DNA of 64,000 bases, taken from an uncultured Planctomycetota bacterium (GTDB lineage: Bacteria > Planctomycetota > Planctomycetia > Isosphaerales > Isosphaeraceae). Under the pieces are notes generated by a model, which worked only from the letters and a program-made list of their open reading frames with translations, searched no databases and was not told the DNA's origin. Below, in pieces: positions 1 through 8,390 of the stretch (the stretch's first letter is position 1; every line of letters starts with the position of its first letter). A program made the translations under genes and the position numbers. The stretch is from contig CAVTTN010000002.1 of NCBI GenBank assembly GCA_963737655.1, positions 4,256,001-4,320,000 of the forward strand, in the 5' to 3' direction.

Positions 1-1944
1 GGTCGGCTGGTCCGGAGGACGGCCGGCGTCGCGGCGGGTCTGATCGCGGCGTTCACGATGGCGATCACGCCGATCTCCGTCGCGATCGACCGCGAGAACA
101 TGCCCGACCCGGCCCTCGTCTTCGTCCTCCTGCTCGCGGCCGAGTGCCTGGCCCGGGCCGTCGAGACCGGCCGAGTCCGGCCCCTCCTGGCGATGGCCGC
201 GCTGGTGGGCCTGGGGTTCAACATCAAGATGCTCGCGGCGTTCGTGGTCTTGCCGACGTTCTATCTCGCGTATCTCCTCCTCGGCAAGGCGCGATTCGGC
301 CGAAAAGTGGCCGAGTTGTCGGCGGCGACGGCCGTCCTGGTGGCGGTCTCGCTGTCGTGGTCGATCGTCGTCGAGCTCACGCCCAAAGATCGACGGCCGT
401 ACATCGGCGGGTCTCAAAAGAATTCGGCTCTGGAGCTGGCCCTGGGATACAACGGGCTCGGGCGGGTTTTTGGAGGGTCCGGAAATCCCGGACAACGGCC
501 CGGAGCGGGCGGACCCGGACCGGGGCGATTCGCCAGGCCCGGGGCCGATGGCAACGCGCCTCCGCCCGCCGGCAACGACGAGGGCGGCCGGGCCTCGCCG
601 TTCGGAGGTCCCCCGGGAGCCGATGAGGACGACGGCCCGCCCGGTGGACCCGGAGGAGGCGGCCCCCCGTTCGGCGCGGGCGGACTTCCTCCGTTCGGCG
701 CGGGCGGGCCCGGCGGGGGCTTCCCACCGTTCGGACCCGGCGGCCGGGGCGGCCCGGGAGGGTTCGGCGGCGGGCCTCCCGGCTTCGGCGGGACGCCCGG
801 CCTCCTGAGGTTCACCAATGCCGGCATCGCCGGCCAGATCACCTGGCTGTTCCCCCTGGCGGTCCTGGGCCTGGTCTCGGCCTCGGGGAGGGCCATTCGC
901 GACCGCTCCCCGGGCGAACAGTTCGCGTTGGTCCTCTGGGCGGGATGGCTGGGGACGCACTGGCTGGTCTTCAGCTTCGCCCGGGGGATCTTTCACGAGT
1001 ATTACACGACGGTCCTCGGCCCCGCCGTCGCGGCCCTGGTCGGGATCGGGACCGTGGCCCTCTGGCGAACGTGGGCCGAGTCGTCCGGCCGCAAGGGGCT
1101 GCTCCCCTCGGCCATCCTGATGACCCTGGCCTGGGAAACGGCGATCATCGTCCCCGATCCGGCGATCCGTCGATGGATGCTCCCCGTCCTGATCGGCGGG
1201 GCGGCGGTCTCGGCGATTGGCTGCCTGGGGATTCGCCGGGGGTCGCCCCGGTGGGCGAACGTCGCCATCGGCCTGGGCCTGGCGACGGCCTTCGTCGGCC
1301 CGGGGGCGTGGTCGCTCTCGTCGGCGATCTCGCCGGGGGTGGGGATGATGCCGTCGGCCAACGCCTCGGGGCTGACCGGCGAACGACCCTCCGGGTTCTT
1401 CGGCGGAGGCCCTCCTCCGGGGATCGAGCCGCGAGACTCCTCGAAACTGATCGGCTTCCTCAAGGCCAATCGCCGGTCCGAGAAGTTCCTGGTCGCGGCG
1501 ACTTCGAGCATGGAAATCGCCCCGATCATCATCGCCAGCGGGGAACCAGCGGTGAGCCTCGGCGGGTTCATGGGGGCCGACCCGGTCATCCCCGCCGAGG
1601 AGTTCGCCCGGATGGTCGAGGCCGGCGAGCTCCGGTTCTTCATGCTCGGCGGAGGGCCGGGCGGAGGCGGGGGGCCTCCGGGCGGAGGACCCGGCGGAGG
1701 CGGCCCCCCTGGGAGCGGGCCGGGGAACGCCGAGCTCCTGAAATGGGTCCGTGACCACGGCGTCCCCGTTCCCAATCGCCTCTGGCAGGCCAGGGAACCG
1801 GCCGAGGCCGCTCCGGCCGAGGCCGGCCCCGGCGCCTTCTTCCGACGGATCAGAGGCCAGGCCCGTCTCTATGACCTCCGCCCCGATCTCGATCGGGTCG
1901 AGCCGACGACTCCCGCCCCGACCGCGACGGAGGACCGTCCATGA
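1..1944 (+). CDS. ArnT/PMT-like glycosyltransferase (GT39/GT83, YkcB-like), 5' partial, with Gly/Pro-rich loops
   Basis: Frame open from position 1; motifs DRENMPDP, GFNIKML, RPYIGGSQKNSALELALGYNGLGR, FHEYYT, SLGGFMGADP; many TM helices. Confidence 0.85.
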   Translation, partial: GRLVRRTAGVAAGLIAAFTMAITPISVAIDRENMPDPALVFVLLLAAECLARAVETGRVRPLLAMAALVGLGFNIKMLAAFVVLPTFYLAYLLLGKARFGRKVAELSAATAVLVAVSLSWSIVVELTPKDRRPYIGGSQKNSALELALGYNGLGRVFGGSGNPGQRPGAGGPGPGRFARPGADGNAPPPAGNDEGGRASPFGGPPGADEDDGPPGGPGGGGPPFGAGGLPPFGAGGPGGGFPPFGPGGRGGPGGFGGGPPGFGGTPGLLRFTNAGIAGQITWLFPLAVLGLVSASGRAIRDRSPGEQFALVLWAGWLGTHWLVFSFARGIFHEYYTTVLGPAVAALVGIGTVALWRTWAESSGRKGLLPSAILMTLAWETAIIVPDPAIRRWMLPVLIGGAAVSAIGCLGIRRGSPRWANVAIGLGLATAFVGPGAWSLSSAISPGVGMMPSANASGLTGERPSGFFGGGPPPGIEPRDSSKLIGFLKANRRSEKFLVAATSSMEIAPIIIASGEPAVSLGGFMGADPVIPAEEFARMVEAGELRFFMLGGGPGGGGGPPGGGPGGGGPPGSGPGNAELLKWVRDHGVPVPNRLWQAREPAEAAPAEAGPGAFFRRIRGQARLYDLRPDLDRVEPTTPAPTATEDRP

Positions 1945-3494
1945 GCACGCCCCTCGGTTCGAGGCGATACCACGCCCTGGATTGCGTCCGGGCCACCGCG
2001 ATGCTTCTGGGCGTGTTCTATCACGCGATCCAGTTCGGCGGGATGTCCGCCGGGCAGTTCGGGCCGGGAAGTCGGGGCGGGGCATCGATCCGGCTCCAGG
2101 ATTGGCTCCACAGCTTCCGGATGCCCCTGTTCTTCCTGATCGCCGGCTTCTTCTGCGCCATGATGCTGGGCAAATATGGGGTGGTGGGCTATCTCGGCCG
2201 GCGATGGTCGCGAATCGGCCTGCCCCTGGTCCTGGGCCTGTTCACGGTCGTCCCGCTCTCCATCGCGATCCGGGACATGGGCGGCGGTCCGATGGGAGGC
2301 GGGCCCCGGGGCGGTGGCCCGCCCGGAATCCGTCCGCAAGGCCCCGAGGGGAACCTCGCGAACCTCCCGCCGCCGCCTCCCGGGTTCGTCCCCCCGCCGT
2401 TCCGTCGATTCGACGTGGATCACGACGGCACCCTGAGCGCCGAGGAGTGGAAAACGGCCCTGGAGCAGCGACCGATGGGCGGAGCTCGGGGATTCGGCCC
2501 CGGAGGGTCCGGCCCTCCCGGCGACGACCGGGCCGACGCCTCGACGCCCTCTCCGTTCGGGCCTCCGGGAGGAGGCGGGATGCCGGCCCCGGGGCCTCCC
2601 GGGTTCGGCCCGGCGGCCGGCGGTCTCGGCGAACGGATCTTCGGGACGTCGTCGCGTTATTTCCGGCTCGATTACCTCTGGTTCCTGTGGTATTTGCTCG
2701 TCTTCGCCACGATCGCGCCGCTGGTGGCGGGCCTTGCCGGGCTCCTTGCGAGCTGGACCCCGGCCGATCGCCTGGGTCGGGTCGCGATCCGGTTCGGATT
2801 CGCCCCCTTGCTGCTCGGGCTGGCGAGCGGCCCCGCCCTCTGGATGGCTCCCGGGTTCTTCGGGTGGTCCCTGGGCCCGGCGTCGGGCATTTTCCGGGGC
2901 GTGCCGGACTTCCTCGTCCACCTCGAACCGGACATGCCGTTCTACCTCGCGTTCTTCCTCGCCGGATGGTGGCTCCATCGTCTCCGGGACGGCCTGCCGG
3001 ACCTCGCCCGGCGCTGGCTGCCCTGCCTGGCGATCGGGATCGCCGCCCATGCCGGGGCCGAGGCGCTGTCGGCGAGATATGCCTCGCAGACGGATTTGCC
3101 GGATTATGCCTGGATTCGGCTCGGCGGGTACCTCCTGTACGCCACGGGTTCGGCCTATTCGGCCTTCGGCCTGCTCGGGTTCTTCCAGAGGTTCGTGAAC
3201 CGGCCGACGAGGGCGGGCCTCTACCTGGCCGACACCGCGTTCTGGGTCTACATGGTCCACCAGCCGATCCTCACGCCGATTTTGAGGCTGGTCTCGCCTC
3301 TGGGCGGGCCGTGGCTGGTCCAGGGACTGGTCGTCTCGGCGCTCACGGCCGGGGTGGCGCTGGTCCTGTATGAGCTCGTCGTGGTCCCGACGCCCCTGAT
3401 TCGCCTCTTCGGCCCGTCCGGAGGGACCCGGCCGGTCGATCCGGGGCCGACCGAGTCGGAGGTCGAACCCGAGGAGGCGGTCCCGGCCTCGTGA
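1941..3494 (+). CDS. Acyltransferase family 3 (OpgC/MdoC-like) membrane protein with inserted EF-hand-like loop
   Basis: RYHALDCVRATAMLLGVFYH, HSFRMPLFFLIAGFF, YLWFLWYL, FWVYMVHQP; ATGA overlap with upstream gene; DVDHDGTLSAEE loop. Confidence 0.85.
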   Translation: MSTPLGSRRYHALDCVRATAMLLGVFYHAIQFGGMSAGQFGPGSRGGASIRLQDWLHSFRMPLFFLIAGFFCAMMLGKYGVVGYLGRRWSRIGLPLVLGLFTVVPLSIAIRDMGGGPMGGGPRGGGPPGIRPQGPEGNLANLPPPPPGFVPPPFRRFDVDHDGTLSAEEWKTALEQRPMGGARGFGPGGSGPPGDDRADASTPSPFGPPGGGGMPAPGPPGFGPAAGGLGERIFGTSSRYFRLDYLWFLWYLLVFATIAPLVAGLAGLLASWTPADRLGRVAIRFGFAPLLLGLASGPALWMAPGFFGWSLGPASGIFRGVPDFLVHLEPDMPFYLAFFLAGWWLHRLRDGLPDLARRWLPCLAIGIAAHAGAEALSARYASQTDLPDYAWIRLGGYLLYATGSAYSAFGLLGFFQRFVNRPTRAGLYLADTAFWVYMVHQPILTPILRLVSPLGGPWLVQGLVVSALTAGVALVLYELVVVPTPLIRLFGPSGGTRPVDPGPTESEVEPEEAVPAS

Positions 3495-3770
3495 TCGGGC
3501 CCGTTCCGGGCTTCTCCTCCTCCGTCGATCCTCCCGAGCGACGACGACGAGGGACCGAGGCGAGATCCGGGCCGAGAATGCCCTCCCCGGCCTTATCGTC
3601 ACGACCCGCCGACCCATGGCGAACGGTCGCAACGACGGAAGGGCACCGCGACCCGGCGAGTCGTCTTGACCGAATCCCTGGTTCCTGGAAAGATGGATAA
3701 TCGTTGAGGCCCCTTCTTGAGACGATCACCCCTCGTCCGCTTCACCCCTCTCGGCGCTGGGGAGAGTTCC

Positions 3771-4568
3771 ATGCGAGTCCTTCCGTTGCGGGCGGCCTGG
3801 GCCGCGACCGCGATCTTGCTCCTTTTGGTGGGTCGAGCGACCGCGCAGGACGCCCCCGGGGCGGACCCGGACAAGATCGACCCCGACGCCCCCGTCCCCA
3901 AGCTCCCCGGGCCCGACCCGTTGCCCAAGGTCGCGCTCGGTCCGATGTTGCCGACCCACGCCGTTCGTCGCTCGGTCCCCGGGCCGAACTGGGTCGCCGC
4001 CGAGGCCACCGTCCTGCCCCTGGACCGCAAGGGCATCTACGTCCTGGAATACGCGTTCAAGCCTCTGCGGATGATCGAGGTCGATATCCCGGGCAAGGGG
4101 CGTCGGCGCATCCATTATCTCTATTACCGAGTGGTGAACCGCACCGGCCAACCCCGGATGTTCGTCCCCCAGTTCTCCCTGGTCACGAACAGCGGCCAGA
4201 GGTTCGAGGACGTGGTGTTGCCCCAGGCCGTCAAGAACATCCAGAGCCGAGAGGCCCCCGAGATCGACCTGCTGAGCGCCGTGAGCGTCGTCGGGATGAT
4301 CCCCCCGAGCACCAAGGAAGGGATCGACGACGCGGTCTATGGCGTGGCGGTGTGGGACAACGTGGATTTCCGGGCCGACGGCTTCAAGATCTTCGTCCGC
4401 GGCCTGTCCGACGGCTACCAGGAGATCACCCCGCCCGACGGCGGCAAGCCGTTCACCCGGTACAAGGCCCTGCGGATCGGCTTCACCCGACCCGGCGACG
4501 AGCGCAACCCGAACGAGAAGGAAATCCGCCTCCTCGACCCGCCGTACGAGTGGACCTATTATCCCTGA
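3771..4568 (+). CDS. Hypothetical secreted protein
   Basis: GGAGAG before ATG 3771; signal peptide ending ATA-QD; coding-like composition. Confidence 0.75.
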   Translation: MRVLPLRAAWAATAILLLLVGRATAQDAPGADPDKIDPDAPVPKLPGPDPLPKVALGPMLPTHAVRRSVPGPNWVAAEATVLPLDRKGIYVLEYAFKPLRMIEVDIPGKGRRRIHYLYYRVVNRTGQPRMFVPQFSLVTNSGQRFEDVVLPQAVKNIQSREAPEIDLLSAVSVVGMIPPSTKEGIDDAVYGVAVWDNVDFRADGFKIFVRGLSDGYQEITPPDGGKPFTRYKALRIGFTRPGDERNPNEKEIRLLDPPYEWTYYP

Positions 4569-4645
4569 GCCGGTCTCGGGGCGCCGAGATCGGGTCGGCC
4601 GGATCGCGTGAAACCGCTCGGAGACGGGCCGGAGGAGGGACTCGC

Positions 4646-5251
4646 GTGTCGTATAGCGACTTCACCCTCCCCGAGATCCGTCAACGCCTCGGCCTGAGCG
4701 TGGCCGAGGGCACCGACCTCTTCGGCTCCACCGCCGAGATCGACCTGCCCGCGACCCTGGCGGAGACGCTGGCTCGGTATCTCCCCCTGGCCCTCAACCT
4801 GAACACCGAGAAGGCCCGCTCCGAGTTGCTGATTGCCCCTCTGCTGGTCGAGCTCAAGCTCCAGCACCCGGACCGGCTGAGCGTCTTCTCGGGGATCGAC
4901 TTCACGGTCGATCCGGCCCTGGGACTGAGCGGGCAGTGTGACTATGTCCTGGCCCGAAGCCCCCAGCAATTGGCCCTGACCGCCCCGGCGTGCGTGCTGG
5001 TGGAGGCCAAGAGCGAGAACATCGTCGGCGGCGTCCCGCAATGCCTGGCGGAAATGGTCGCGGCCCAGCGATTCAACCGCGATTCGGGCGACGAGGGAGT
5101 CGTGTTCGGGGCGGTCACGACCGGGGTCCTCTGGCGGTTCCTGCGATTGGAGGGGGCGCGGGCCCAGGTCGATCGCGTCGAATACCCGATCCAGACCCCT
5201 CGGAAGATTTTTGGAATCCTTCGGGCCATCGCCCTGGGAGACGCCGATTGA
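4646..5251 (+). CDS. Standalone PD-(D/E)XK nuclease-like protein (HsdR N-terminal-like)
   Basis: GGAGGAGG before GTG 4646; EKARSELLIAP, GQCDY, VEAK, QCLAEMVAAQRFN, GAVTTGVLWRF. Confidence 0.7.
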   Translation: MSYSDFTLPEIRQRLGLSVAEGTDLFGSTAEIDLPATLAETLARYLPLALNLNTEKARSELLIAPLLVELKLQHPDRLSVFSGIDFTVDPALGLSGQCDYVLARSPQQLALTAPACVLVEAKSENIVGGVPQCLAEMVAAQRFNRDSGDEGVVFGAVTTGVLWRFLRLEGARAQVDRVEYPIQTPRKIFGILRAIALGDAD

Positions 5252-5302
5252 CCGGGCCCGAAGTGGGACTTGACCCATCGGCGACATCTCCGACAATCCA
5301 CT

Positions 5303-5875
5303 CTACGCCCATCGATTCCGGCGTTCCGCGATCTCGACGCCCAGGGCGAGCGACGCCTTGCGGGCCTCCTGGATCGCCTCGGGAGGCCCGAGGGCGGCGG
5401 CCAGGTCGATGGCGCCCAGGATCGCCTTGGGCATCAGGTGAGGCGGGACGGGCACGTCCTGGACGCCGACCGGCGTGATGCTCCCCCCGCTCCAGAACGC
5501 GGCGACGGCGGCGAGCCCGGCGGGGTGGTCGTAGCCCGAGGCGAGCGAGGCGTCGAACGCCTTCCGGCGGTTGGCGTCCGAGGGCGAGGCCACCCAGGTT
5601 TCCGCGGCCTTCAGGGCGGCGAGCCGCTTCGGCGGAGCGGGCTCGACCAGGACCCCTCGGGCCACCAGGCACGCCCACCAGACCGCCTCCCTCCTCGGCA
5701 TCGCCTGGACGAGGAACGCCAGCGCATCGTCTAGCTGGCCCGACTCGGAGAGGGCCCGGAGGAAGTCTTCCGGTCGATCGCCCGGCGAGTGCTTCTCCAG
5801 GGCCGATTCGGACGGCTCGTACCCCTTGAGCACTTCCTCGGCCGAGGCGCCGGGCAGTTGGAGCAGCATCGCCAC
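5303..5875 (-). CDS. DUF6931-like protein (vgrG-associated)
   Basis: MPRREAVWWACL, AAETWV..PSDANRR, AVAAFWSGGSI; directly downstream of vgrG. Confidence 0.7.
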   Translation of the reverse strand: MAMLLQLPGASAEEVLKGYEPSESALEKHSPGDRPEDFLRALSESGQLDDALAFLVQAMPRREAVWWACLVARGVLVEPAPPKRLAALKAAETWVASPSDANRRKAFDASLASGYDHPAGLAAVAAFWSGGSITPVGVQDVPVPPHLMPKAILGAIDLAAALGPPEAIQEARKASLALGVEIAERRNRWA

Positions 5876-5969
5876 GGGTGTTCTCGCCCTTCTCGTCCCG
5901 GAGTTCCGGACGCGATGGGGGCCGGCTCATCGTCCAAGAGGAGCCGACCCCCATCCGTGTCCGGGATTC

Positions 5970-8162
5970 TCAGTTAATCATCGTGATCGCGCCCTGCATC
6001 TTCAGCATGCCGTCGCCGTTGATCTGCACCATCGTCCCCTGGACCTGCACCTCGATCGACCCCTGGAGCTTGATCATCATCCCCTTGAGGGTGATGCCGC
6101 TCTGGTCGATCGTGATGCTGTTGCCGCCGACCTTCAGGGTGATCGACTGCATGGCCTCCGTGGAGCTGGCCCCGAGGCTCACCTTGGTGGTCTGGTTGCC
6201 CATCTTGACCGTCAGCGAGTCGTTCCCCATCGAGACCTCGACGGTGCGGTTGCCGGTCTTGACGGTGTGGGAATCGTTGCCCGTATCGACGGTCACGGTG
6301 CGGTTGCCGGTCTTGACCTCGTGGGTGTCATTGCCGGTCTTGACCGTGACCGAGCGGTTGCCGGTGTTGATGACCGTGGTGTCGTCGGACTCGACGATGA
6401 TGTCGCGCTTCCCCTTGCTGACCTCGTGCTTGTCGTTGCCTTCCTTGACGGTGACGGTGCGGTTGCCCTTCTCGATCGTGACGGTCTCGTTCCCGGTCTT
6501 GACCGTCTCGGTGCGGTCCTTGTAGACGGTGATCGTCTGGTTGCCATCGACCAGGGAGCTGCTCCCGTCGACGCCAACGACCAGGGTGTCGTTGTTCTCG
6601 ACTTCGCGGAGGAAGTCCTTCTCCGCGTGGAAGAAGATCTGCTCGGAGCCCTTCTTGTCCTCGAACCGGAGCTCATTGAAGTTCTCGGACTCGCCCTTGA
6701 GGCTGGACCGGCTCTTGATTCCGCTCTGGGTGGCATTGTCCGGGAGCGTATACGGGACGGGGATGCTGCCGTTGTAGACCCGCCCGGTGATCAACGGGCG
6801 GTCGGGGTCGCCTTCGAGGAACGAGACGACGACTTCCTGGCCGATCCGGGGGATGTGGATCGATCCCCAGGTCTTGCCGGCCCAGGCCTGGCTCACGCGA
6901 ATCCAGCAGGAGCTGTTCTCGTCGCTCTTGCCCAGGCGGTCCCAGTGGAACTGGACCTTCACCCGGCCCTTGGCGTCGGTGTAGATCTCCTGGCCGCTGG
7001 TGCCCACGACCACCGCCGTCTGGTCGCCCAGGACTCGCGGCCTGGGCGTGAGCCTGGGCGGGTGGTAGGGCATCGCCTTGGCGATGCATCGAAATCGGTT
7101 CAAATATTCGAATGTCGCGTCCTGGGACTCCCCGGAGGTCGCGTCGATCACGTGCTCGACCCGGGTCAAGGCATAGTCGGCGTTGACCGTCGCGTCCGGG
7201 TGGTCGGAGAGCGTGAACGTGTAGCCCGGGACGAACGCCCGGCAATTGCTCGACCCCGAGGAGACGGCCCGACGGACGACCTCCTCCTCGACGCGGACCC
7301 GGGCCGTGGCGGTCATCAGGTCCGACGTCGGCGCCGAGTCGTGCTCGGAGGAGACCACCGAATCGGCGTAATCGTAGACCTCGTAGAGCGCGCTCCCGGC
7401 CGAGGACGACGAATTGCCGGAGATCTTCGTGTCGGGCTTGAGGAAGTCGTACTCGGCCAGGGTGACCTTCTTGGGATGGACCTCGTCGGACGTGGTCCAT
7501 TCCAGGACGCGCTCGTCCTCGCGGGTGCCGCCCAGGTGCATCTCGTAGACCATCGGGTTCGGGGCGCCCGGGACGGCCACGAAGACCGAGTTCACGTCGG
7601 CGATCACCATCGTGTGGGACGTCTTGGCGTGCTCGAAGAAGAAGAAGATCCCCTCGTCTTCCATCAAGCGATTGAGGAAATCCCAGGTCGTCTCCCGATA
7701 CTGGACGCAATAGGTTCGCTTGGTATAGGTCTTCTGGAGGGAGATCTTGAAGTCGGTGCCGGAGGTCAGGCCCATGTCGGTCAGGGCCTGCTGGAGGATG
7801 TCCTTGACGGTGAGGTCCTGGAAGATCCGGCAATCGACCTCCTGGCCGAGGAGCCAGGGCTTGGGGACGATCTCCGCCCGATAGAACGTGGCGTGCTTCT
7901 GGCCGGCGGCCTGCCCTTCGACGTCGCCCCGGGTCAGGCGCTTGACGATCCCGTGGAAGTAGCGGACCGGGGAATCGGCGACCTGGAGCTCGACGGCCAG
8001 GGGCTTGCCGAGGAACTCCGTGGGGGCGATGACGGTATCGGAAGAGAAATCGACGTCGAACAGGAACGGCTCGGAGACCGCTTCGTGGCCCCCGAGGCGG
8101 GCGATCCGCAAATCTTCGGAGGCGTCGCAGAGGATGTAGGCGGGGGATTCGAAGCTCGGCAT
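5970..8162 (-). CDS. vgrG: Type VI secretion spike protein VgrG with Gp5-like C-terminal beta-helix repeats
   Basis: YCVQYRETTWDFLNRLMEDEGIFFFF, GRVKVQFHWDR, SCWIRVSQAWAG, IPRIGQEVVVSFLEGDPDRP, NELRFEDKKGSEQ; ~8-aa VKTGN repeats; start set at MPSFES (8162). Confidence 0.97.
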   Translation of the reverse strand: MPSFESPAYILCDASEDLRIARLGGHEAVSEPFLFDVDFSSDTVIAPTEFLGKPLAVELQVADSPVRYFHGIVKRLTRGDVEGQAAGQKHATFYRAEIVPKPWLLGQEVDCRIFQDLTVKDILQQALTDMGLTSGTDFKISLQKTYTKRTYCVQYRETTWDFLNRLMEDEGIFFFFEHAKTSHTMVIADVNSVFVAVPGAPNPMVYEMHLGGTREDERVLEWTTSDEVHPKKVTLAEYDFLKPDTKISGNSSSSAGSALYEVYDYADSVVSSEHDSAPTSDLMTATARVRVEEEVVRRAVSSGSSNCRAFVPGYTFTLSDHPDATVNADYALTRVEHVIDATSGESQDATFEYLNRFRCIAKAMPYHPPRLTPRPRVLGDQTAVVVGTSGQEIYTDAKGRVKVQFHWDRLGKSDENSSCWIRVSQAWAGKTWGSIHIPRIGQEVVVSFLEGDPDRPLITGRVYNGSIPVPYTLPDNATQSGIKSRSSLKGESENFNELRFEDKKGSEQIFFHAEKDFLREVENNDTLVVGVDGSSSLVDGNQTITVYKDRTETVKTGNETVTIEKGNRTVTVKEGNDKHEVSKGKRDIIVESDDTTVINTGNRSVTVKTGNDTHEVKTGNRTVTVDTGNDSHTVKTGNRTVEVSMGNDSLTVKMGNQTTKVSLGASSTEAMQSITLKVGGNSITIDQSGITLKGMMIKLQGSIEVQVQGTMVQINGDGMLKMQGAITMIN

Positions 8163-8390
8163 GGCACGCCTCGGCGGGGGGGCCCGATCCCGACAGGACG
8201 GAAGGGATAGGCCGGAGGGGGCGATTCTGCCACGGAAGGGCGGGCCGGGGCAAGGCTCGGGGCGGGCCTCCCGGCGAATCCGTGGTATCCTTGCCACGTC
8301 CATCGGCCCTTGCCTGGAAGCGGCCGGTCTGTCAGGTTGGATAGAGAGCCGTCCCGTCACGAAGCGACCCCGCCACAGGAGGGCCCGACG

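Noticed and set aside
6170..6540. GTTGCCGGTCTTGAC tandem repeats
   Set aside because: They encode the VgrG beta-helix repeats; not an independent element
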